Source: Parcubacteria group bacterium Licking1014_17 (GTDB lineage Bacteria; Patescibacteriota; Minisyncoccia; 2-02-FULL-40-12; IGHO2-01-FULL-4-A). Taken from it: DNA of 64,000 nucleotides. How positions within the stretch are numbered: position 1 is the stretch's first letter; each line of letters opens with the position of its first letter. The notes beneath the pieces are model-generated. The model was not told the origin of the DNA. It made no database searches and was given only the letters and a program-made list of their open reading frames with translations. Location of the stretch: assembly GCA_007376485.1 (NCBI GenBank), contig VMGJ01000003.1, positions 17,252 through 81,251 of the forward strand, read 5' to 3'. This document shows, piece after piece, positions 51,960 through 58,554 of the stretch. Both the position numbers and the translations under genes were made by a program.

Positions 51960-52096
51960 GCGACATAAATGACAAAATTACTATGTCATAGTGACAAAAA
52001 CATTTATGTCACGATATATGACACAGTGACACAATTAGATTGCGACATAAATGACAAATTGACGTGTCACTATGACATAATTGTCATTTATGTCGC
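51960..52096. promoter_or_regulatory. dense array of TGTCA/GCGACA-type repeats (3 copies of a 16-17-bp unit plus three TGTCA-Nx-TGACA palindromes)
   Basis: GCGACATAAATGACAA at 51960-51975 and 52042-52057, and its reverse complement at 52081-52096. TGTCAtagTGACA at 51985-51997. TGTCAcgatataTGACA at 52006-52022. TGTCActaTGACA at 52065-52077. Confidence 0.55.
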
Positions 52097-52608
52097 TATA
52101 GGTTGTCTATCTTCCATATTTTGTCACCTTTGACAAATATGATATTGACGCTTATATCGGAAGAAACTTTATATATGTAAGTGGCGCTCTTGTCGTCCTC
52201 CTTTTTTAAGAGCCACCCGGCTCTCGCCTTTTCAAATTCTGCTATAAGTTTATCCGTTATCCCCTTGTCTTCGCTGGCTATAAACGTTTTTTCCCAGCTT
52301 TCCTGCTTGGATGTCACAAAATAACGGCTCGCAAGTTTAAAATCCTTGCTCTTCAAAGCATCCATAAATAGGTCATAAGTTTCCTCCGGCGTAGCGCCAC
52401 CGATGATATCACCGCTGGCAATAATCGGTTCAGAACCATTTTCTCCCGCGGTTTTATCGCCCTGTATTTTTTTCAATATTCCGGAGAAGTTCAACATACC
52501 CAAAATTGCCGATAGAGCAACGACTCCAAAAATAATGGTGATTATCCAATTTTTACGGAAAAACCCATTGCTCCTTCTGGAGTCGCCAGATATTGCCGGG
52601 TTGTTCAT
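52096..52608 (-). CDS. small membrane-anchored protein (N-terminal TM + ~130-aa extracytoplasmic domain), unknown function
   Basis: 170-aa ORF. Hydrophobic helix WIITIIFGVVALSAILGML. Shares an operon with the upstream regulator gene. Confidence 0.5.
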   Translation of the reverse strand: MNNPAISGDSRRSNGFFRKNWIITIIFGVVALSAILGMLNFSGILKKIQGDKTAGENGSEPIIASGDIIGGATPEETYDLFMDALKSKDFKLASRYFVTSKQESWEKTFIASEDKGITDKLIAEFEKARAGWLLKKEDDKSATYIYKVSSDISVNIIFVKGDKIWKIDNL

Positions 52609-52632
52609 CGATCTAATTTTAACATTACGGAA

Positions 52633-53265
52633 TTAACTCGGCAATCGCGGGATGAAGTAAAACACGCTTTTACCCTGAACTTCCTTCAAAATCACGTTAT
52701 TTTCCAGTAATTCGGAGATTTTTCTCTGGATTGTTCTCCTGCTTATATTTTTAAATTCGGTGTAAACTTCCGAGTTCTGTACCCTCCCTTTTTTAGAAAT
52801 AAAATCAATTATTTTATCCTGCAAATCGCTGGGGGCCCGCCCTCTTTTTCTATTTGCCATACTTTTTTTTATCGTCTTAACCGGTTTATTTTCAGAGATA
52901 TCTTTTCTGGCATCAATTTTTTTCGCTTTTCTCGGAGTAATATTCTTGGCCGGAGAGGATATTACAAGCTTCAAAAGCAATAAATCTTTTTCAATAATCA
53001 TTGTTTGGGACAGGGTTTCGGAAAATAAATGCCGCATTATATACATAACCGATAGGCAGTGATCTAGATAATAACCGATTGATTTCGAGGAAACTTCGTC
53101 AATTTTACCGTTTTCGGTAACAAAAATTGCCGAAATATCGGCAATTTTTCTGGATTCCGTAAAACAAATTTCGCTAAAAAACTTATCAGGCAAGTTTTTG
53201 GCTAAAGTCTCAAGCTCGACGGCCAGATTAATGACAAGGCGCAAGGATGAGTTGTTATCGCTCAT
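52633..53265 (-). CDS. DNA-binding regulator with C-terminal winged-helix HTH (start uncertain: 53265 ATG or 53319 GTG)
   Basis: C-terminal IIDFISKKGRVQNSEVYTEFKNISRRTIQRKISELLENNVILKEVQGKSVFYFIP is a clear wHTH. It is preceded by a basic linker. The N-terminal ~120 aa are of unknown fold. The gene is flanked on both sides by TGTCGC/TGTCA repeat arrays. Confidence 0.55.
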   Translation of the reverse strand: MSDNNSSLRLVINLAVELETLAKNLPDKFFSEICFTESRKIADISAIFVTENGKIDEVSSKSIGYYLDHCLSVMYIMRHLFSETLSQTMIIEKDLLLLKLVISSPAKNITPRKAKKIDARKDISENKPVKTIKKSMANRKRGRAPSDLQDKIIDFISKKGRVQNSEVYTEFKNISRRTIQRKISELLENNVILKEVQGKSVFYFIPRLPS

Positions 53266-53343
53266 TACATAGACATATAGCACAACGCGACACCGCGTCA
53301 ATGCTTGTCGCAATAACACCCATTGTGTCGCGATGTCATTATT

Positions 53344-53398
53344 TGTCGCTATTATGTCGCGATATTGTCGCTATGTTGTCGCGATTCTGTCACTATCT
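53344..53398. promoter_or_regulatory. five tandem 11-bp direct repeats (iteron-like; consensus TGTCGC(G/T)AT(A/T)n)
   Basis: TGTCGC(or TGTCAC) recurs at 53344, 53355, 53366, 53377 and 53388 with exact 11-bp phasing. Two further copies lie at 53306 and 53326. Located between the htrA stop and the regulator start. Confidence 0.6.
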
Positions 53399-54664
53399 GG
53401 AGCTTAATGTCACAGTGACATTCATTTGGCTACCTTGTCGCAGAACTAATAGTGTCACAGTATCACCGCTGCTGTATTTTTGTATTAAGGCGCTAAGAGG
53501 ATTATCGGCTGTCACCTTCGTGCCATTAACTTCAAGAATTATGTCGTTCTCCTTAATGCCGGCTTTATCCGCCGGAGAACCGGGTGCCACGGCTATTTCA
53601 GTCGCGTTCGGGCCCTTGATGACCAAAGCTCCATAATCCACGGCCAGATTATTGCTGTCTTTGATATCCGGGGTAATCATCACATATCTTACGCCAAGGT
53701 AGGCATAAGTAATTTTGCCGGTTTTTGCCACCTGTTGTATATCTTTTTTGGCAATATTAATGGGTGTCGCAAAGCCGATATTCTGAGCCCCGCTGACAAT
53801 AGCCGTGTTTATCCCCATTACTTCTCCGTTCAAGTTGAGCAGCGGACCGCCGGAATTTCCGGGATTAATAGCGGCATCTGTCTGGATTAGCTGCGACAAG
53901 CTTTCCGAAGAACCGCCGGCGCTATCGGATGCCGTTATGGAACGGGAAAGTCCTGAAACCACGCCCCTGGACACGGTGTTGGAAAATTGCCCCAGCGCGT
54001 TTCCGATAGCTATGGCGGTTTGTCCTATCTGAACCTTGGTTGAATCGGCTAATGGCAGGGCTTTTAAGCCGGATACCGGTATTTTAATCACGGCGACATC
54101 ATTAACGGAATCCATGGCTAAAATTTGGGCGGTAAACTCCCTGCCGTCGCTCAAAATAACCGTGAAAGCGGCGCCGTCGATATTGACAACGTGCCTGTTG
54201 GTTAAAATCATACCGTCGGAACTCACGACAAATCCGGTTCCAGCGGCTACCTGCTGTTTTTGTGTTTGGGGCTGTGTCGGAGTTTGGGGCTGATTTTGGC
54301 ACTGATTGCCGAAAAACTGTCTGAAGAATGGGTCAGAACAAAGGTCTTGGAGTGGATAAGTTCCATTTTGGACTACCTGCAGATCTTTTGTTGCGATTAT
54401 GCTGACAACCGAAGGGCTTGACTGCTTAACAACATTTATAATTTTTGCCTCATCGCTTGTGCCGGGTACATAAGCTGGCGGTTGCTGGGTTGCCAAAGAA
54501 GAAGCCGGACCCGAACTCTGAATGTTGTTAGGAATTGTCATTAGAGCCGCTTCGTATCCGAAAATGGCTCCAAAAATCCCCGATATTATAATGCTGGCCA
54601 CTATTGCGCTTATAACAGTATTTTTTTTAACAAAGTTTGCTATTTTTTCTATTATTTTCTCCAT
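53393..54664 (-). CDS. htrA: HtrA/DegP-family periplasmic serine endoprotease with PDZ domain
   Basis: N-terminal TM anchor. The trypsin fold shows TNRHVV (His), a D, and the GNSGGPLLNLNGEVMGINTAI catalytic Ser motif. C-terminal PDZ-like domain. Confidence 0.85.
   Translation of the reverse strand: MEKIIEKIANFVKKNTVISAIVASIIISGIFGAIFGYEAALMTIPNNIQSSGPASSLATQQPPAYVPGTSDEAKIINVVKQSSPSVVSIIATKDLQVVQNGTYPLQDLCSDPFFRQFFGNQCQNQPQTPTQPQTQKQQVAAGTGFVVSSDGMILTNRHVVNIDGAAFTVILSDGREFTAQILAMDSVNDVAVIKIPVSGLKALPLADSTKVQIGQTAIAIGNALGQFSNTVSRGVVSGLSRSITASDSAGGSSESLSQLIQTDAAINPGNSGGPLLNLNGEVMGINTAIVSGAQNIGFATPINIAKKDIQQVAKTGKITYAYLGVRYVMITPDIKDSNNLAVDYGALVIKGPNATEIAVAPGSPADKAGIKENDIILEVNGTKVTADNPLSALIQKYSSGDTVTLLVLRQGSQMNVTVTLSSR
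53407..53421. promoter_or_regulatory. 15-bp perfect palindrome ATGTCACaGTGACAT (same half-site family), inside the 3' end of htrA
   Basis: Direct reading; the half-site TGTCAC matches the repeat family at 51960-52096. Confidence 0.45.
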
Positions 54665-54809
54665 AGATAATGGCTTTTTTAACCAAAAAGCCGGTTATTT
54701 AACCAGTAATCGGCCCTATGTATTACATTATATAATATAACGAAAAAAGAAATCAAAAAGTTTTGGGGGCGGAGCGAACCCCGCTCAAAATTTTCTGTGA
54801 AAATTTTGA

Positions 54810-54901
54810 GCAGGATACTTGAATTAGTCCGAACCGCTTTCGCCGCCTGCGGCGGCGAGGAAAACCCCCCGCGAAATTCTGAAAATGCGGCGAAGCCGCG
54901 C
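54810..54901. repeat. inverted repeat R1, ~92 bp, G+C-rich; partner at 55891-55982
   Basis: The reverse complement of 54810-54901 aligns with 55891-55982. The inner ~60 bp are identical and the outer ~30 bp about 85% identical. The flanking 12-bp-stem hairpin at 54783-54811 is not repeated. Confidence 0.8.
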
Positions 54902-54943
54902 CGATGACAATTTCAAGTTTTTCTTTTGGCGGCAAATTCTTTG

Positions 54944-54989
54944 TTCTTTGAATTATAAAAAAGAGGGGGTCGCTTTCGCAAACCCCCTC
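54944..54989 (-). terminator. rho-independent terminator for the 55013..55675 gene
   Basis: On the minus strand: GAGGGGGT-loop-ACCCCCTC hairpin followed by CTTTTTTAT. Confidence 0.6.
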
Positions 54990-55012
54990 GGTTGAGAAGA
55001 TAGATCTCCGCT

Positions 55013-55675
55013 TCATTGAATACGGCCGGTGAGAAATCCTTTTGCGTTCTCATCCCAGAGAATCTTTCGCGGAGTGGTTTTGGTGACACCAGCTTGCGTC
55101 ACCACACCATCAAGTCGTCCGTTGAAGAAAATCGGAACTCCTTCTCGTAGAGCAGACGAACTCACAGTGTCATTCGCTCGAACGCCGTTGAGAAGCTGGC
55201 TCACACCCCGATTGACGAGATGAATTCCGCCTTTCTCGATCCAGGTTCCGCAGTCATAGGTATGAAGCGAAATCGGTTCGAGAACTTCCTCGCGCATGAG
55301 GTTCTCGCCGGTGATGACGAGAAAATCGGCATCGCTCGGCTGAATGGGAACCTGCTCGGTAACTGGTCCACGAAATAGGCGGTTCCTCTTTACTTCCTGG
55401 AAGCCAGGATGACGCACCGCCGATCCAAATGCGATGACCGCCACGATGTCATCGAGTGGAACGAGGGTGTGATTCACTTTCCATCCCGTCACCAACTTGT
55501 AGAGGTCGGCGAGGTTGATGTAGAAATCTGTGATTGCAGAATTTTGGAAGAATCCTCCGCCCGGATGAACGTATGCTTTTCCGTTCGGGAAATACAGTCT
55601 TCCAAGGCGTGTTGCCTCGAAATACTTCGTGAAATCATCCATGTGCAGAACGGTCTCAACTGCTGTGCTTTTCAT
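55013..55675 (-). CDS. putative Pol-beta-superfamily nucleotidyltransferase, horizontally acquired cargo gene (the ORF extends to 55714, but the start at 55675 is preceded by AAAGGAG)
   Basis: AFGSAVRHPG...PSDADFLVITG fits the hG[GS]x(n)Dh[DE]h nucleotidyltransferase motif (compare kanamycin NTase GSLARGE...SDIDLVVI), with an insertion. Codon usage and G+C are clearly higher than in flanking genes. A strong SD lies 7 nt upstream of the second ATG. Confidence 0.45.
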   Translation of the reverse strand: MKSTAVETVLHMDDFTKYFEATRLGRLYFPNGKAYVHPGGGFFQNSAITDFYINLADLYKLVTGWKVNHTLVPLDDIVAVIAFGSAVRHPGFQEVKRNRLFRGPVTEQVPIQPSDADFLVITGENLMREEVLEPISLHTYDCGTWIEKGGIHLVNRGVSQLLNGVRANDTVSSSALREGVPIFFNGRLDGVVTQAGVTKTTPRKILWDENAKGFLTGRIQ

Positions 55676-55749
55676 CGGTTTTCTCCTTTCAAGGAACTTG
55701 TATTTAGGCCACATTGCCTACGCTTGTAAGAATATAGCATATATGATGC

Positions 55750-57675
55750 TTGAAGTCAATAGTAAACAAAAAATCAGCATCTTTGCTGAAAATTATCTTA
55801 AAAAATCCTTATGAAAATTTTTCTTTTCTGCTTCTACAAAATATGGTTCGAGCCGATGTTTTTAACGGGTTCTTTTGCGGTTTTGATTCGTGCGGCTCCG
55901 CCGCCTTTCCGGATTTTCGCGGGGGGACTTCCTCGCCGCCGCAGGCGGCGAAAGCGGTTCGGACTAATTCAAGTATCCTGCACCACGTTGGAAAAGTCAA
56001 TGCCTCGCCCCGCCTTCGGCGGGTCTCGGCGACCAAATCGTACGGATTTTTCGGGGTAAAAAGAAATTCCCGATTCCGGATTGAAGCTCAACTTGTTGAG
56101 CTCAAAGAATTTGCCGCCAAAGAAAAACTTGAAATTGTCGCTTCCTTTCAGGAAGCCAAAACCGCAAAAGAACCCGGGCGAATTAAATTCGCAGAAATGT
56201 TGTCATTGATTGAGAGAGGGAAAGCAGACGGGATAATTTCATGGCATCCGGATCGTCTCGCAAGAAATTCTGTGGATGGCGGAAAGATTATTCACTTTGT
56301 TGATCGCGGCTTGATTCGTTCCCTCAAATTTCCCTGCTTCTGGTTTGAACCGACACCACAAGGATTATTCATGCTGAACATTGCTTTCGGACAAAGCAAG
56401 TATTTTGTAGACAATTTGCGAGAGAATGTAAAAAGAGGTTTGCGGCAGAAAATCAGAAATGGAGTATGGCCAAGTTGGGCTCCAATTGGCTACACTAACA
56501 ACCCCAAAACGCGCGGTATTGATATTGATAGCGACAAAGCCCCTAAGGTAAAGAAATTGTTTGAAATGTATGCCACCGGAGAATACTCTCTCAACATCCT
56601 CGCAAATTGGTGTGAGAAAAAGAAACTGCTCACTAACGCCGGAAACAAAATATCATTAAGCAATGTTCAGCATATTCTCCAAAACCCTTTCTACATTGGG
56701 TTGATGAGATACAAAGGGGAAATTTTTGAGGGAACACACGAACCGTTAATCTCAAAGAAACTTTTTGATAAATGTCAGGAAGTTATGGTAAAGCGTGGGA
56801 AAGTGAGGCCAGACAGGAAACACTATTTTGCTTTTCTTGGCCTGATGAAATGCGCCTCGTGTGGTTGTTCAATTACGGCTCAATACGCAAAAGGAAATGG
56901 TGGTATTTACACTTACTATCGGTGTACAAAAAAGCGAGGCAAGTGCCAAGAAAAGTATCTTGATGAAAAACAGCTTTTAACACAAATTAAAAACTTCCTG
57001 CAAAAAGTTTCTTTGTCGAGCCAAGACACCGAGAAAGTTTTGGCGGCATTAGGCACAGAAGAAACACAAGCGAAACAACAAGCACAAAGTGAGGCGGTAA
57101 ATCTAAAAGAGCAGTTAGCTCAAATTGAAACAAAGCTCCAGAAATTGCTGGACGTATATCTCGATGATGCACTTACTCAAAAAGAATACGCCACCAAAAA
57201 AGATGTCCTCATTTCCCAAAAGGTCGAGTTAAACGAAAAAATCACCGACTTTGAGCAAAAAGGGGTGTCTTGGCTCGAACCGGCTCGTGAGTTTGTAAAA
57301 TCCTTGAATCAAGCCGCTAATTTACTTGAATCAGAAAATCTTTCCGAAATGACAACATTTCTGAAAAACATCGGCTCGAACCATATTTTACGGAATCGGG
57401 AATTTCTTTTTACCCCGAAAAATCCGTACGATTTGGTCGCCGAGACCCGCCGAAGGCGGGGCGAGGCATTGACTTTTCCAACGTGGTGGTCGTGTTCTGC
57501 CATTGAACCACACCCGCGTTGCCAAGGGGGTTTCGGCGAAACTTCGCCGAAACCCCCTTGGCTGAATTTTTATTTTTTATTTATCCAGTCGGTAACGGAC
57601 TGCCAGAATTTACCCCATGCGTCCGGTTGCCCGGCGCTTTTTTCAATCACGCTCGTTTCTTTATTTTTTGAGTAA
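55750..57675 (+). CDS. large serine recombinase (resolvase/invertase-type catalytic domain + recombinase domain + zinc ribbon + coiled coil). True start and stop are uncertain because the ORF runs through repeats S, R1', R2 and R2'
   Basis: WHPDRLARN (the catalytic DRLxR of serine recombinases), GTHEPLISKKLF, the zinc ribbon CASCGCSITAQY...YYRCTKKRGKC and the coiled-coil C-terminus all match large serine recombinases (A118/Bxb1/TnpX-like). The first in-frame ATG/GTG/TTG before the catalytic region is at 55843 (inside S) or 55750. There is no canonical start just upstream of the putative catalytic Ser (KRNS at aa 104-107 or RVS at aa 91-93). Confidence 0.75.
   Translation: MKSIVNKKSASLLKIILKNPYENFSFLLLQNMVRADVFNGFFCGFDSCGSAAFPDFRGGTSSPPQAAKAVRTNSSILHHVGKVNASPRLRRVSATKSYGFFGVKRNSRFRIEAQLVELKEFAAKEKLEIVASFQEAKTAKEPGRIKFAEMLSLIERGKADGIISWHPDRLARNSVDGGKIIHFVDRGLIRSLKFPCFWFEPTPQGLFMLNIAFGQSKYFVDNLRENVKRGLRQKIRNGVWPSWAPIGYTNNPKTRGIDIDSDKAPKVKKLFEMYATGEYSLNILANWCEKKKLLTNAGNKISLSNVQHILQNPFYIGLMRYKGEIFEGTHEPLISKKLFDKCQEVMVKRGKVRPDRKHYFAFLGLMKCASCGCSITAQYAKGNGGIYTYYRCTKKRGKCQEKYLDEKQLLTQIKNFLQKVSLSSQDTEKVLAALGTEETQAKQQAQSEAVNLKEQLAQIETKLQKLLDVYLDDALTQKEYATKKDVLISQKVELNEKITDFEQKGVSWLEPAREFVKSLNQAANLLESENLSEMTTFLKNIGSNHILRNREFLFTPKNPYDLVAETRRRRGEALTFPTWWSCSAIEPHPRCQGGFGETSPKPPWLNFYFLFIQSVTDCQNLPHASGCPALFSITLVSLFFE
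55838..55863. repeat. 26-bp repeat S (AAAATATGGTTCGAGCCGATGTTTTT); inverted copy at 57364-57389
   Basis: Exact reverse-complement match. The left copy lies 27 bp outside R1'. The right copy abuts R2'. Confidence 0.75.
55891..55982. repeat. inverted repeat R1' (partner of 54810-54901), abutting R2
   Basis: See R1. The R1/R1' pair brackets the nucleotidyltransferase gene. Confidence 0.8.
55982..56079. repeat. inverted repeat R2, 98 bp; perfect inverted partner at 57391-57488
   Basis: The reverse complement of 57391-57488 is identical to 55982-56079 over the full 98 bp. The R2/R2' pair brackets the serine-recombinase core, and both copies lie inside the recombinase reading frame. Confidence 0.85.
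57364..57389. repeat. repeat S' (inverted copy of 55838-55863)
   Basis: Exact match in reverse complement. Confidence 0.75.
57391..57488. repeat. inverted repeat R2' (perfect partner of 55982-56079)
   Basis: See R2. Confidence 0.85.
57521..57583 (+). terminator. strong rho-independent terminator 3' of the recombinase gene
   Basis: 20-bp perfect stem GCCAAGGGGGTTTCGGCGAA-ac-TTCGCCGAAACCCCCTTGGC followed by TGAATTTTTATTTTTTATTT. Confidence 0.8.
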
Positions 57676-57944
57676 ATAATTACAACGTGCTCGTCGGGCT
57701 TTTTGTAGTTTAAATACAATCTGGCAAGTTTATCAAGCCGCTGGTCAATTTCTCCTGAAACTGTCGGCGAAGGCGATGTTTCCTCCACTTGAGTTAGTTC
57801 CGTAACTTTTTTATTTAAGCTTTCAAGTTTTCTGCCGGCGATTACCGCCGAAGGTATTATTCTATACAAAGAAACAAACATAAAACCGGCTACAAGCAAC
57901 AGCCCTATAGTCAACCAGCCCGATTGCAATAATTTTCTGAACAT
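57570..57944 (-). CDS. small membrane-anchored protein, unknown function
   Basis: 124 aa with the N-terminal TM helix LTIGLLLVAGFMFVSLY. Overlaps the next gene's stop by a few nt. Confidence 0.45.
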   Translation of the reverse strand: MFRKLLQSGWLTIGLLLVAGFMFVSLYRIIPSAVIAGRKLESLNKKVTELTQVEETSPSPTVSGEIDQRLDKLARLYLNYKKPDEHVVIIYSKNKETSVIEKSAGQPDAWGKFWQSVTDWINKK

Positions 57945-57946
57945 AA

Positions 57947-58414
57947 TTAACGGATGCGGTTGATGGTTTCCGTGATTCCGTCAGGATCCTTCACTTTTTT
58001 TATAGTCAGCGGATTATCGGATACAGTTCTCAAAACAACATCGCCGTAATCAAAAACTGTTGGCATCAGCCCTTCTTTGCGGTAGCCGACCTCGGAAATG
58101 TCCTTGTACAAAAGTTCAACCGTGGCTCTTGAAAACATGCCTTTGCGCTCGCTTCTGACTACCCGTTGGTTAGTCAGCCATAAGACGTTGTCGCCTCCGG
58201 AAAAAGTCTTGTAGATAACCATTATCAAAGCAAGGCTAACCGCAATTATAACAACCTGATTCCAGTAGCCGAAGAAATCAAAACTAGTCATAAATCTCAA
58301 TACAAAAAGCAGGACGATAATCAAAATCCAGAAAATATACGTTGGCAGGAGAAAAATCCAGTGGCGAGACGTGACCTTTATTAATTTTTCGTTTTGCCGT
58401 AGAATTAGTTTCAT
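57947..58414 (-). CDS. membrane-flanked bacterial PH-domain protein (YdbS/bPH_2-like)
   Basis: Two N-terminal TM helices, then ...LWLTNQRVVRSERKGMFSRATVELLYKDISEV, typical of the bPH_2 family. Confidence 0.5.
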   Translation of the reverse strand: MKLILRQNEKLIKVTSRHWIFLLPTYIFWILIIVLLFVLRFMTSFDFFGYWNQVVIIAVSLALIMVIYKTFSGGDNVLWLTNQRVVRSERKGMFSRATVELLYKDISEVGYRKEGLMPTVFDYGDVVLRTVSDNPLTIKKVKDPDGITETINRIR

Positions 58415-58554
58415 AAGTTTGTGATTAATTATTTATGACCAAGAGAACAATCAAGATTATAACCATCGCGATGTCCATCATGACTATTTTTGCGATGATT
58501 GCTTTTACCCTCGTCGCGGTTTTGAGACTCTACTAATCGAATTATAACCTAAAG

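Noticed and set aside
54753-55016. 87-aa minus-strand ORF containing PRRRRRRKRFGLIQVSC
   Set aside because: It lies entirely within inverted repeat R1 and the adjacent terminator. The same peptide is produced by the reverse-oriented copy R1' (ORF 55811..56059). This is a repeat-induced ORF artefact, not a gene.
55843-55863. tRNA-like T-arm (GGTTCGAGCC) within repeat S
   Set aside because: The flanking sequence cannot form the T-stem, acceptor stem or other arms. It is simply part of the 26-bp repeat. No tRNA genes could be folded anywhere in the window.
57309-57503. 64-aa minus-strand ORF (MAEHDHHVGKVNASPRLRRVSATKSYGFFGVKRNSRF...) and the 75-aa ORF 55809..56036
   Set aside because: Both are mirror-image readings of the R2/R2' and S/S' inverted repeats inside the recombinase gene. 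I used them as evidence for the repeats, not as genes.
58435-58536. 33-codon plus-strand ORF (MTKRTIKIITIAMSIMTIFAMIAFTLVAVLRLY) in the lepA-downstream intergenic region
   Set aside because: It is antisense to the operon direction, has no SD, and hydrophobic peptides arise easily from T-rich sequence. Not enough support.
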